Shown: positions 1 to 13,490, numbered from the stretch's first letter. The stretch: 64,000 nucleotides of DNA from Octopus sinensis (GCF_006345805.1 NC_042997.1:53754001-53818000); one strand, 5' to 3'. A program made the numbers and translations. The notes: generated from the letters alone by a model not told the origin.

Positions 1-309
1 TATGTTTTTTTTTTTTTTATTCCACCATTTTTTTTCCTTTTCTAAGTTGTAAAATCTTTTTTTTTTGTAAACTTAATTCGTCTGCAAATGTTTTCTTTCA
101 TTTCAGTACATTTAACAGAATTGAAATAAATCAGTATAAAATATAAATTACATCTGAAGAATTCAAATTCATATATATATGTATGTATATATGTGAGTGT
201 GTGTGCACGTGCACAAAACGGATAATATATCGCACTACCTTAATGTGACTCTTAAATTTTCTCCATCTCTTTTTGTTTATTTTTGTGGCAGATTACTCTT
301 TCTTTTCTC

Positions 310-508
310 TTTTACTCTTTTACTTGTTTCAGTCATTTGACTGCGGCCATGCTGGAGCACCGCCTTTAATCGAGCAACTCGACCCCAGGACTTATTCTTT
401 TGTAAGCCCAGTACTTATTCTATCGGTCCCTTTTGCCGAACCGCTAAGTGACGGGGACATAAACATACCAGCATCGGTTGTCAAGTAATGCTAGGGGGAC
501 AAACACAG

Positions 509-551
<43 letters not shown>

Positions 552-725
552 CATATATACGACGGGCTTCTTTCAGTTTCCATCTACCAAATCCACACAC
601 AAGGCTTTGGTCGGCCCGAGGCTATAGTAGAAGACACTTGCCCAAGGTGCCACGCAGTGGGACTGAACCCGGGGTGCAATGTGGTTGGTAAACAAGCTAC
701 TTACCACACAGCCACTCCTGCGCCT
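310..725 (-). mobile_element. tRNA-type SINE, family B (CORE/MIR-like central motif, internal CA/TA microsatellite)
   Basis: The minus strand reads as a tRNA-like head (ggagtggctgtgtggtaagtagc...gggttcagtcccactgcgtggcaccttgggcaagtgtc), a central microsatellite and a conserved tail. A second copy lies at 23741-24480. Confidence 0.85.
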
Positions 726-3700
726 GTGTATGAAATTTTGTGTTTTTGTTCTTTGTTTAACTCTAGTTGGAATCAGTTTTATAAATGATACTACCGAGAG
801 TCTGTAATATACTTTTGAACTCAGATGTGGAAAGATTTGGGTTTCTTATAGATTGATTCTATATCACCGTAGCTGTATTTTGAGAGTTAATTTACATTTA
901 GTATATCAAATGCAACAGTTTCAATTTGTTCTTATTTCAAACTTACATATATTTATTTATTTATTCATTTTGTTTTCTTTGCAGTTTAAACCGGAAAAAC
1001 GATTTTGTTATTTGAATGGTTATTTTATTATTTTGACTTCATATAAATTATAGCTAGGGAGTATTATTTTATGGTTTTATGATATATATAAGTCTATAGT
1101 GTTAATGTCGTTCTACACCTTTATTGATACGATTTTCTTTATATTACTGAATGACATATTTAATAACTTTTAACTAAAACTATGTATTCAAGGATATGAA
1201 CGACTTCATTGAAAAAAAAAAACAAATTGTTACACAGGTGCAGATGTTTAGGATTTAAGTTCAGCTTTGGATCTATAATATTCCTAATTTGTTCAAGTTT
1301 GGGCAGAAATATCGTCTCTTAAACACAGATAAATCTTCTTCCATTCTACGACCGTTGTGGTTCAGTCACATTTCAGCTTGGATTGTGAAAACTTATAGCA
1401 AAAAAGTATTCCAGCCTTTTAAGACAGCATTCTTTAATGTGACCTTCCTTTTTAAGATGGTAAAAATGTGAATTAAGGAAGATTTAGTTATCATTTCTAG
1501 TAAGGCGAAGGACTACATAAAAGCTCTTTCATTAGATTGAACTACTGTGACTATGGTTGCAGCTAGGACAACATAGCCACCTCGGTTTTTTTTCATTTAC
1601 TTTAATATTCTTTAATGATATGAAAATAGTTTTAAAATATTCCAACAGAAAAATTCGTGGTAAATAATTTTCATACTATTTTCACCTTATATCCTAGGTT
1701 TTAGTCTCATATAATAAAGTTTTAGACTTACACATGCTCACACGCTCATATGTATGTATTCTTGGAAGAGCTGCAGTTATTACGTGGATGGTATCAGACT
1801 ACCGACCGATGGGTTTAAGGTTCGTACTTCGTCATCGAGATTATGCCGTAACCGAGGACAAGTTACTCAACTCATTAGATCAAAATTCAAACTTTAAAGA
1901 AAGTGTCATGGTAGTTTACACTAATCTAATTTATGATTACAACTGAGAACTGGGGCGTTATTTACAGTGTACTTACTATCAATTTATTGATCAAAAGTAC
2001 GAACTATTAACTTGGTCAGCTTCAAGTGAAATGAAATTACTAAAGCTGGCCATCGAAAGAACTGGTTTCTACTGTACTATGCTTGTCGTAAATATTCAGA
2101 ATAATTTCTCACTTGGGTACGAACAGAGGACTGAAATAGTTAATTGAATCACACATACATGATTAGGCAACAGGGTTTTCAAAGTCGTTAGAGCATCTTA
2201 TAGAATAGTTTGCGGGATTCTTTGGGATTTCGTGCTCTAAATTCAAATCCCATCAGAATCATCTTTGCCTTTCCTCCTTTTGGGTTCGATAAATGAAGTA
2301 CCAATTTAGTACTGGAGTCTATCCTTGTCTCTCATTTTCTCCATGGAAGAAATCGACTGTGATCAGATCTGGAGAGGGATGGGTGTTAAAATGTGCAAAA
2401 CACAATGTATGTTACAATGATTCCACCACTACAACTACGTCAGGAGTTGGGGATCCAAGGAAGGAGAGAATATACACGATACACAATTAGTAATTGTTTT
2501 AACCAATCAGAAGGGATGGATACGAGACAAAGTCAACGTTAGAAGAATTTGAATTTAAAATGTAAAAATGGGTGTAAAACTTAATATATAGCCGGGCGCT
2601 CTACCGTTTCTACTCCACTATTCAAATAGAGAAAATAACGATTTATTTTCGCTAGGTTTTAGTTGATTAAATCAATGCCAATACATATCTGATATTGATT
2701 ACTTTATTGACACACTAAGATATGAATTGCAGAAGTGACTCCAGTGAAACTGGAACTCGGTATGTAGAATGACTAACCTAAATGCCACATACTAGTAGTT
2801 CTGTTTCACATCTCGTTTCTCACTGTGGACGCACACAGGTCCTGGTGGGGGCGCAAAAAGGCCTTTCAGGATGTTCGACGGAATGGGAAAGTATATGCTT
2901 TATTAAAATCGCTTCCCAGGATAAAATTATTCACCTATTCTTTAAAAAGTTATTTTCTATTAAGCACACCAAGAACTTTATCATTCCACAATAATGTATA
3001 TAGCTCAATTTTTAAAACAATGAATTAATTATTAGAAAATTGACCTTTTCGTATTCAATTGTGATAATTAATACTTTTTTAAGGATGCTAGAATTAATCA
3101 AACATCTCCGAGTTGGGAGGAGCATAATAAAGGTTGGAAATCATAGCTCTACTTTCTATTAATTCATTGCCTTCACAGATGCAGAAAATAATATTGTATT
3201 AACCAAGCAACAAACTATGTAATGTTTCTCTTGAAAAGCCTGCAATCTGGCTTTTGTTTATTTGTTGTTTTTCTTTGTTGGTTTTTGCTTTTCCAGGTGA
3301 ATTTCATTGTTCAACTAATGTATTTTTACAGATATCACTTTTACTCTTGGCAAAAAAATATAAAGAGAATAAAGCAATTTTAAAAAAAGATTCAGTGGAA
3401 AGTAAGAAGTATTTTGCGGTTTAGAAGCAGTTTTAGTGGTTCTTGATTTCCATCACACACAGGAAATACCTGCTGAGACACCGGAATTAAGCGGTTTCGA
3501 GCACATTAAGAAAATGTTTCCGCCAGCAAAATAATACGGTGGATTGGCAGAATCGGTAGAGTGTCGGACAAATGCCTGTAAAATTTTATTATGTCCCTTT
3601 TTATTCCGATTTCAGAGTCAACTTTGCTTTTTATCCGGGGTCGATAAAATTGAGTAGTAGGCAAGTACTAGGTGTCGATTTAATATTTCTGTAAATCATC

Positions 3701-6399
3701 TTTGTGCGTAGTTATTACATTGTAAATAATAGATTGTTTAATTTTGTTCGATTGTCAAAATGTGGGGATATCTCATAAATGCATTCATTTCTTTGAACGT
3801 CTCCGTAAAGTGTATCTAGAGCAAATAATCCATTTTCAGACATACTAATAGAAAAAAAATTCATCGTCGGGCTGTAAGATGTCGAAGTACTTTTTATTTA
3901 CGCAGAAGTTATTTACAGCTTTGCCATCGACATAGTTTGTTCAGTGCCGGTCACGCAATACGAACTTTAGAACTGATAATCCAGCTCCCTACTGAATCAG
4001 CAAGTCTCAGTTACAACTGTATATTCATCAAGGGTAAATGTTTATTAGCTTATTCTCATATAGGAAGTAATTTTATTGTAGTTTAACTGCAGTATTTAAG
4101 CGACTGTTATAAATGGCCAAAAATGGTAAACAATGTAGTAAGAAAATATTTCTTTAAAAAATGTCATGCAAAAGAAATTCGTTGAAGGCAAATCTCACGT
4201 TACATAATCAAAATCAGTTTCAATTTCACGTTTTTCAACAAATAAATGCATCCTATAATTCTTTGCTCAAGAGGGTGTTCCTCGCCTCTCGTTTGACCAC
4301 GGATGTAAAAGCAAATGTACCTTAATCATTTTTTTTCAGGGACCCCAAAACTGGAGGTAGAAAGAAAGAAATGAAGGAAGTTATCTGCAAACCCTCAAGA
4401 GCTAGCCTCAGTGCTTGCAGCAAAGTGAACTCTGAAAAAGCACGCAAGGAGTATAATACTGCAAAGCATTTTGTCCTAAGCCCGAAAGACACCCCGCCAA
4501 GTCAACAACATTAACTGGTATTTATTTTATAGACCCCGGTGGAATTTGAACTCAAAATATAGAAAGCCACATCAAATATCGAAAAGCAGTTTGTTTTACA
4601 CTTTAACGAATCTTCCAATTCTTCGACGTTGGGTAAAGTAAGGGAGTAACTATAGAACTTCTTGTGGCTACAAACTTACATTTCCAGCTCAATTTACGTA
4701 CATTATTAGAATAGCTGAGTAGGTTAACGGAAGTGTAGATTGAGCAATGGAGCTAGTAAAACAAGCTCAAGTTAAACATAATGATTTAAGATACTTCACA
4801 GTCTAGTCATACATGTTTATGATTTCAAACACCGTAGAGATTCAGATATATGATAAATAATAGCAAAAGAAATCGATAACTGCCTTAGAAAGTTTGCGTT
4901 TTTTTTATAGGTATATGAGTATACACACATATATGCATAATACAAATGTCCATATGCTGTAAAAAAATGGATTTGATATATCTGGAATGATGCTTTTCTG
5001 TATTTTTACAAGTGTGTTACTATTTTTCTTCAGATATATTTTAGATTTTGTACCAGACTTCTTACAACATTCACGGCGAAATATTTAGTATTTTCCACAT
5101 TTTTTTGCACAACGCTAAAGAATATATTTGTTTACAGGAAGATATCTAATAAAAAGCGAAATACCAAATGAGTAATGTACACGAAGAAATGAGTGATAAC
5201 AATACAGTCTAATAACTGAAATTAGTTAATTGTACAAGATGCTTTTTGTCACGAAATACCTGCATGTTGTTTCTTCAATAGTTTATATTTCAACAACATT
5301 GAGTTGTTTCATTATGCATGTAATAAGAAATACCTAAAAATCGCAGAAAAAATTTTTTTTTTCTTTTTTCTGCTCATTATTTTGCTTTCTTCGCTTAGCC
5401 TTGTAATTTAAAATAACAGAAGTCTGGAGCAATAATTAACAAGCACTCAATCATTTAATGACTAAATATCACAACTATCTCGTATATTTTGATAACTTAG
5501 CAAGAAGAAAGGATATAGGGAAGGCTGAAATCAACTGCATTTACATACAATTTCGATCGGACTTACAAAGAAGACACAAGATGCCTCTGAAGATTAGAAT
5601 TGAAAAACAAGAGGAACACGACTAAACAGAAATTACTATAACTTACGGGGATCCTGCTTGGAAACTAAAAATTCAAATACACAGCTTATACAGACTTAAC
5701 AAGTAGCTCCAATAAATATGTAAGGACAATGTAGTAGCTAAAATAGTAGAGTTTTTCAATATTTAATAAATATCTTTATATTCTGAATTCAATTCCCATC
5801 GGACTTAGATTTTTTTCTTTCGGCATTGATAAATACGTACTAATATCACCAAAATAAGTTCTTTTTTTTTTTAATTGGAAATGGAATTATTTTTTTCTAA
5901 AGGCATTTTAGCTCTGTTTCTAATTCTGACTTTAGTTTTCCTTAGTACGTCTAGTTTAATTTTTAAATATGACAGTTTTTACTTTCTTGGTTTTGTGCGT
6001 GTGTGTGGGTGTGTGTGTGTGTGTGTGTGTGTTTATCGCATGGACCTATACAGTTAACATATATTTGATAAGTTAATTTAAATCTGATTATCATATCATA
6101 GATTCTGATAGATAGATAGATATATAATTGAAGAATATGTATTATATAACATTTTAAAAGTGTTGCTCTCTGATATAGAAATGTCTTCTCGTGCACAGTA
6201 ACAAGCTATCTCACACTTCCGTCAAACGTCTGTTGATGTACACTCCTCTATTTCTCTTGCTAGACTTTTGTTGTCACTCTTCCCAAACTACACTCTGAAT
6301 ATTTTCTTTAGTTACTTACTACCATGGACTTCTCATCTTAATGCTTTTGCGACAGATATGGTTATAAACTGTATCCATACTACTCACGGGGGGTGGGGG

Positions 6400-7065
6400 G
6401 ATCTTTTCCTTTTGAACGGCAGACAATTTCTAGTTAACTAAGCACTTTAAAATTTCGTATACTGGTAGAATGTGTCAAAATAAAACATTTTTTTTCTCTA
6501 GGCTTTCTTCAGAAAATTGTAATTTGTTTGTTTAACGTAGTTTAATTTTTCGAATTTTAGTCAATCCTATGCTCTCTTTTGAGCTAAAATCCGAGCATTT
6601 CGGCAATTTTAACCAATCGATTATCTCCATTCAACTAAAATCATTTGCTGCGTCTAAAACTGAGACAACATCCTGTAACTAACCCTAAACCTCCCCCCTA
6701 ACCCTATTTTTTTTTCTTAATTGTCGAATTAATTTAATTGTTACGCGTGTAAAAAAAACTAAAGCAATGGAATTAAATTAATTTAACAATTAAGAAAAAT
6801 ATTAGGGTTAGGGGGGAGGTTTAGGGTTAGTTACAGGATGTTGTCTCAGTTTTAGACGCAGCAAATGATTTTAGTTGAATGGAGGTAATCGATTGGTTAA
6901 AATTGCCGAAATGCTCGGATTTTCAGACGAAATATCTTACAAATTTTCTCAATAAAACCAGGAGAAAATGATGTTTTATAAACACATTCTACCATTATAC
7001 GAAGTTTAAAAGTGTTTAGTTAACTAGAAATTGTGTTGACATCTGCCGTTCAAAAGGAAAAGCTC
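6400..7065. mobile_element. Fold-back/MITE-like element with long inverted arms containing TTAGGG-like motifs
   Basis: The left end gatcttttccttttgaacggcaga mirrors the right end tctgccgttcaaaaggaaaagctc. The inner arms (~6584-6712 and ~6803-6927) are nearly identical. Superfamily not assignable. Confidence 0.8.
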
Positions 7066-7139
7066 TCACGGAGGTGGGGATGATGAGGGTCAAGCATGAC
7101 GTCTTTTCAACTTTAACAAAATGTTAATAATAATGGCTT

Positions 7140-7466
7140 CAGATTTTGGCACAAGTGCAGCAAGTTCGGGGGAGGGGTTAAGTTGATTACATTGATTTCA
7201 GTATTCAACAAATGCTCATTTTATCGACCCCGAGAAGATGACAAAGTCGACGGCGGAGGAATTTGAACTCAGAACCCGAAATTTTGGGTGAGGGGTCTAG
7301 TCGATTAGATTGACCCCAGTACACAACTGATACTTAATTTATCGACACCGAAAGGATGAAAGGCAAAGTCGACCTCGACGGAATTTGAACTCAGAACGTA
7401 ATGACTGGCAAAATACCACTAAACATTTCGCCCGGCGTGCTAACGTTTCTGCCAGTTCGCTGCCTT
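7140..7466 (-). mobile_element. tRNA-type SINE, family A (two adjacent copies, one partial)
   Basis: Family core ttatcgaccccgaaaggatgaaaggcaaagtcgacctcg..ggaatttgaactc and head gctaacgtttctgccagttcgc, both repeated throughout the window. Confidence 0.9.
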
Positions 7467-7769
7467 TAATATTAATAATAATAGTAATCTTGGTTGACTA
7501 TCGAGACGGTGTCTCGATAAAAATACCGGTTGGTGGCTAACCTTGAAACATATACCTCAATGTTGGGAGAAAATGTCTGATACACATGCAACAAATTATG
7601 GTGTTAATAAGGCTGGAACCAAAGGTGAAAGCCCTTCGCCCGGCAGGTGCCCTGTGGTTGAGTAGTGCAGGCCCGGTTGTCATCCAGAGACTGCTTGTAC
7701 ACAAAGTCAGTGGCAAAAGAGGCAAACCGAATGGTAATTGAATGCTGAAGGGGATTCCGACAACGAATG

Positions 7770-8020
7770 AAAGCAAAATAGATCAGAATGCATCAAGAAG
7801 AATATAAAGGAAATTGGAATAGAATACCCAGTAGAACTGTTACAAAAGATTTGCCTCTGTGGCACGGCCAGAATAATCAGGAAAGTATCAGATAGCTGAA
7901 AAGAACGAATAGTATGGAATCCTAGGATGCAGGTAGCAAGCCCGCTACACACGCAAGACTCAAGGAGCTCCAACAAAACATGTGATAAAGAGGAAATAAT
8001 AACAATAATCCTTTCTACTA
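7770..8020 (+). mobile_element. 3' end of an R4/Dong-like (REL endonuclease) non-LTR retrotransposon
   Basis: Translates GIEYPVELLQKICLCGTARIIRKVSDS, matching the QK..LLGTARI.RKVL C-terminus of this clade. It is followed by a short 3' UTR and a (TAA)-like tail. Confidence 0.65.
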
Positions 8021-8339
8021 TAGGCATAAAGACAGTAATTTCGGGGTAGGGGTAAGTTGATTATTGAACTGGTACTTATTTTATCGACCCCACGAAAAAT
8101 ATCAATCAAATCTGACACATCACTCTTGCACCATCTTAAAAAAGGAAGGAGACATTTAATGGCGTGACCTTAGACACGCTGGGAAAAAAATAATTGGTAG
8201 GATAGTCACAGTTAAAATGCCTTTGATCATAATCTACCTTGCCAAGGTTGATCCGTATTCTATCAAGGAAGAAAGGCATAGTTGAGATTGGTGAGATTGG
8301 AACTGAGAATGTAAAGATGCAGACTAACGATTTCTCCAC

Positions 8340-8510
8340 TCCGCCATTCGGCTTTTATTTTATATTTTTGAGCTCAATCCCGCCGATGTCAGTGCCGCCT
8401 TTAATCCCTTTGGAGTCGATAAAATAAAGTACCCGTGAAACACTGGGGTCGATGTAATCGGCTAGTCCCTTCCCCCAAAATGTCAGGCTTTGTGCTTATA
8501 GCAGAAAAGT
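8340..8510 (+). mobile_element. Degenerate SINE family A copy
   Basis: gagtcgataaaataaagtacc...ctggggtcgatgtaatcggctag matches the family A body. Confidence 0.7.
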
Positions 8511-8989
8511 TTATTATATTTTTAAAATTAAGAAAAAAAATTAATGAATAAGTAGAAATTTTTCAATATGAGAGGTTACTAACTGTAGAACTGAGTGTTT
8601 AAAGTGAAGTTGAAAAGCAGTAAGCATTTTTTCTTTCCTTTTTTTTTTCAGGAATGTTGTTCACTAGTCATTTGTCGGCATGTATAATGAGTATGAGGAT
8701 TTCTTGTGAAAGTTTATACCCTTCGCCTTTGGACGTAGTCCCAGAGCAGGATTGAGTAATTAAAGAGAGGACGTTGACACGGCTGACTTTAATGTTGAGA
8801 ATTGTTAATGATAAATGGGAATAGAATAGAAATACAAATGACATTTTCTTTTCAATTTGGAAAGAATGGCGAATTGGCAGAATTGTTAGAGTGGGGGGAA
8901 AAATACTTTGCGCTATTTGCTCCGGCTCTTTAAGTTTTGAGTTCAGTTTTTGCTGGTCTCAACTTTCTCCAATATACCACTGTAGACAT

Positions 8990-10435
8990 AGAGTAACCAT
9001 CTTGGGTCATCCAGATCGTATCTAAAGAGGGTATTTATCCCAATAGGCTGGGATAGTATAAGATGTCCACAAATTGAATAGCTCAGCTACACAGATCACA
9101 AATTTATAACTTGACAGTCTACCTTATCAGGACTCGTAAACAGGTACATGACAACTGGAAGTTAAATACATCGTTGTTGGCGTATACAGCCTACAAAGGC
9201 CGGATTAACACTTTAGTTGAGCATCAGTTGACAAGAGCAATTGTCAACTTCCAGTAGTGGGACACTCTGAAGAGAGTGGTATATCCCTCAACCATTTCTT
9301 CAGCGTATTGTCACAGTTACGGTGCATGTTCCAACACGCAAATGAATGAAAACTGTTCTATGGATCCAGGTGAGAGAGATGCAATGTGGTAATAAAAGCC
9401 AAGTTCTGTCTTCGATAGGTGGGCCAGAAAGAGCGATTGCTACCCGATTCCAAACAAATGTGTGTGGTATTCTAGTGGCGCTTTGCTTAAATGTTCAAGT
9501 TGAGCAATGTGTTGGAGTCGATGAGGGACTTTATTGCGTAATTTGACACTTAGCAGAATATGGGGCAAAAGTTGATAGTAGATACGTGGTGCGATAACAG
9601 ATTGTACGATACACATGGCTGAAATTGTCTGCCCAACAAACTTTATGCATATATGCCAGACTTATTAGTCGACGCCCTCGCAGACATTTACTGCAGCTGG
9701 CAGCAGAACGGTGTATCCTTAGTTCTGTAAACTGGGCAGTAGTAGATTTGTTTGGGAAAGACGGGAACTGCGAAGGAATGTAATTGATAATTTTCAGTCC
9801 AAACACCATTAAAAGCAGAACTGGAGATTTTGGCCGAGGTGCTAGGGAAGGGGTTGGCGTTTATCATCGAGCGTGTGGTCGGGAAGCTTCTACCTCTTTG
9901 TTTCGGTATGACTCTGATCAACTTGAATTCTTCGAAAGCTTTCGATAGCATCAATCATCGTAACCTGGAGCTGTCCTCGGGGCAGCCGGTTTCGATCCCG
10001 CCTTCAGAGACTAGATAGCTTAAATATTCAGCGGCATTTTCCCGTTGATCAGAGTAAATGGGAACATGTTAGATTACCCTCTCGATTCGTCAAAACTATT
10101 CTCTCTGCTCTCTTCTGAACGTACTGACCCTCGCGTCATTACTGCAGAAATTTGAGTTGTTGAGGGGTACACCTTTTAAACTGGGTCATGAAAGAGCTAG
10201 GCAATGTTGCTGTTATGGTGTCAGACCCTACAAAGATCTAGAAGTCGACACCATTCTAAAGATATAAAAGACTTTGACTGGCAAAACTTGACGGGGTTAA
10301 TCGGTAGACTCAAAACTCAATACCAGAAGAACCAATTCCATGCCGTCAGACAGTATCGTAAGACCCTAGATGATCGATCCTGTTAAAGATGAGTTGGTGT
10401 CTTGTTCGGTCTGGGACTCAGGTGGCAAAAATCCT
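8990..10435 (+). mobile_element. Tx1/L1-clade LINE remnant (APE C-terminus, linker, RT), frameshifted
   Basis: Plus-strand motifs occur in order: SRSYLKRVF, RCPQIE.LSYTDHKF, NWKLNTSLL, ADIYCSWQQNG, LINLNSSKAFDSINH, AGFDPAFRD, SMPSDSIV. This follows the Tx1-type APE-RT order. Confidence 0.8.
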
Positions 10436-10524
10436 CCCACCCAAATTTATTATGGTGGATTTTGCAGAATCGTTCAAGCCTCAGCCAAATACCTTGCGGT
10501 ATCTGTCCCGGATCTCTATGTGCA

Positions 10525-11095
10525 GAGTTTAATTTCTGCTTGAGGTCAACTTTGCCCTTCATCCTCCCGAGATTGATAAAATAAAGCAGCAGTCAAGTAC
10601 TGGGGTCGAAGGCATCGTCTAACTTCTCTCCCTTCTATGTGGATAAAAAATCATCATTATTTTTTTTAATGGTAATAATTGTTTCAAATTTTGGCAGAAA
10701 GCCAGAAATTTTAGGGGAGGATTAAGTTGATTACATCGGCTCCCAGTGTTCTGTTCATACTTATTTTATCGGTTCGAAAGGATCAAAGGCAAAGTCAACC
10801 TCGGCACCATTTGAAATCAGAAAACTAGAAGATCGCTAAGCATTCTGTCCGGCATGCTAAGAATTTTTTGTAAGCTCACCGCTTTATTGTTAATAGTAAA
10901 AACCCCTTCTTCTATAGGCACAAAGCCTGAAATTTGGTAGGAGGAGGCAAGTCGCTTACACTGACCCCAGTGCTCAACAGGTACTTATTCTATTGGCCCC
11001 GAAAGGGATGAAAGGCGAAGTCGACCTCAGTGGCATTCGATCTCAGAACGAAAAGACAGGAAATGCCATTAAGCACTATGCCAGTTCGCCACCCT
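10525..11095. mobile_element. Cluster of three degenerate SINE family A copies
   Basis: Family A core motifs at ~10525-10625 (+), ~10680-10885 (-) and ~10905-11095 (-). Confidence 0.7.
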
Positions 11096-12439
11096 ATCGT
11101 TAATAGTAATAAGACAACAAAAAATCTGAAAGTAATTACAAATAATGGAGCAGTGACCTTAACACGGAGGGCTTTTTCTTATTTTTGTGAATGTTATTCA
11201 TTAGTCATCTATACATAATAAAGATGAGGGTTTCTTGTGAGAGTTTACGCCCTTAGCCCTTGGACATACTCCTAGAGCAGGATTGTATTACAAAAACAAA
11301 AGAGGACGTTGACATGGTTGCTATTTTAATATTGGGGATTATAAGTAATAAACGAGTTGTATAAGTTGATTTGGAAGGAATGATTGAATATGCATGCTGT
11401 TTTTTGGTGCAGTGCCTTGTAAAGGATATGTGTATGTGTGCATGTACGGATATGTATGTATGTATGTATATATGTATGCATGTACGCACGCACACACAAA
11501 CACACACACAGCGTGAGAGAGAGAGTGGAGTCGTGAAAATTATATTTTTTCAGCTTGTCAGCATTTTTCTATGCACATTTTAAGGTTGTTTCATCTCCCC
11601 GGTATTAAATTAATTAAAATGTCGCCGACGAAAACACATTTTCACTAAATCAGAACTCCTATTACCTCCATCTATAAAAGGTTTTTTTTTAGAAAAATTC
11701 CCCTAAAACAGAAATTTCAATGGATTTGTTTCTTCTTTTCTTTTGTGTGTGGCGATTTTAATTCAGTCTGTTTAAATTGTGCAAACCGAGATTTTCTACA
11801 GCCCAGCAAACTTCAGCAATACCAGTGAATGCTTTATCCATTGTTTACTATATATAGAAGCACGAATTTCATTTCAAGCAAGTGACAATCGAGTGCACAG
11901 CATGGACAAGCCTGAAAAAAAAAATAGGCGAAACACGTTTGTCGTTCTCGTAGATCACTGCAACGACGATGCTCGTCTCGCCCCGCTATATATTTGTATT
12001 TTTGACACAAGGCGTTGAAAAGATTCTATCTCAGACAACACCACAGTATCGAGCTTTCTTCAGACGAATTTTGGAAGCGGTAAAGCTAGATGCTGATTTT
12101 TCCTATTTTTGCAGAATTAATCTCGAGTGAAAATTCTCCACTGAGACGACATATATGAAAATACATTTCGTCTTGGAAGCGAAATTCCTCTCAGGACGAT
12201 TTCCGCATCGAAAGATCTTCACACATTCGAGTGTGCTCAAAATATGACTTTTCAAGAATATATTCTATTCAGCGCTGTGTCACACACACGCGCGCGCGCG
12301 CACACACACACGAGCAAACTAATGGATGCAATAATCATGACCTGCTAGAAATAGCAGCTAAATCTCACTTATGTCACATTCAACAGTCTTTAAAAAAAAG
12401 GAAAGTTACATTGAAGCATGTATTCTGTAGACTGTTTTT

Positions 12440-13490
12440 CAAATAGATACCTTTGATAATTGATCTTCATCTAGAGTAAGCATTTTTGATCCGACTTTGG
12501 CATAAAATAATAAAACAATTACTAATTTAGTTGTTTTGATCAAATGAACTATCTGTTCATTGCTATCCGGTCTATCTATGTAGACTGAAAACATTTTGCA
12601 TGCCATCCTGACGGAGGCATCGACAAATTTGCAGTAAATGCAGGAATTCTCCAAGAGGACACTTTAACTCTTTTCCTTTTCGTTATAGTCTTTGACAATG
12701 CACTCCGGCACACCATGGAATCTGAAGTAGGCGTAACTCTTTGTCCCTGCCATGGCTCACATCATCCAGCGTCATACTTCGCTGACCTCCATTTTACATA
12801 TTTAATCCCATTCTCCTCCCAAACATGGAGTCAGCTACTATTGAAGTCTGTCTCTCAATAAACCGCTTGAATAAAAGACCATAACCATTGGCGAAAATAC
12901 TGGTGTGGGAGATGGTACACTTTCATCGGGAACCATTGATTTCTGCTGTCTGGGTTCACATATTCGCTCTACCACGACAGATATTAACATTCGTAAAGTG
13001 ATAACACGGTCAGCATCCAACAAGTTATTAAAAATTTGGACATACCGAAATTGTCATGTGACCTATAACTATGCGTTTCGTACTACAGTACAATCTGTTT
13101 CGCTTTGCGGGTCTAATGCTCTTAATGTGACCCAACAGCGATCACTAGGCACCACATGCACTCGACTTCTGTGCAAGGTGTTTAACATCTCTTCTGCCGA
13201 CCATAAATCAAATAAATTTCTATATGGAACTTCACCGCCCATCAGCCAGACAAGCAAAGACGGTTAAAATTCGCAAGCCACTATTTTCACCGAACAGATT
13301 AGCCTGGCATTGTACCTTTTTCTATAACTTCGTGGGGATGTTCAAACCTGGTGATCAGGTCCACATGATGTGTGTCCGTAAACTTACTCGGAACACAGGA
13401 TTATGCACTGTCCCAGAGGTGGCACGCGCAATGACATCTCATACAGACTGGAGGAAAATTTGCTCTCGAATTAGAATCAATGTCCTCGGC
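12440..13490 (+). mobile_element. RTE-clade LINE remnant (RT and C-terminus)
   Basis: HPDGGIDKFAVNAGILQEDTL (RT GxxQGD motif), DFCCLGSHI, SASNKLLKIW, CTRLLCKVFNISSADHKSNKFLYG, LTRNTGL and MTSHTDWR follow RTE ORF order. Confidence 0.8.

Noticed and set aside
4330-4510. Acceptor ttttttttcag followed by open frame DPKTGGRKKEMKEV...
   Set aside because: There is no convincing donor or recognisable homology, and the frame runs into a SINE remnant.
8990-9550. Apparent minus-strand APE segment suggesting a twin-priming 5' inversion of the Tx1 element
   Set aside because: The plus strand gives the true motifs (YTDHKF, WKLNTSLL), collinear with the RT, so there is no inversion.
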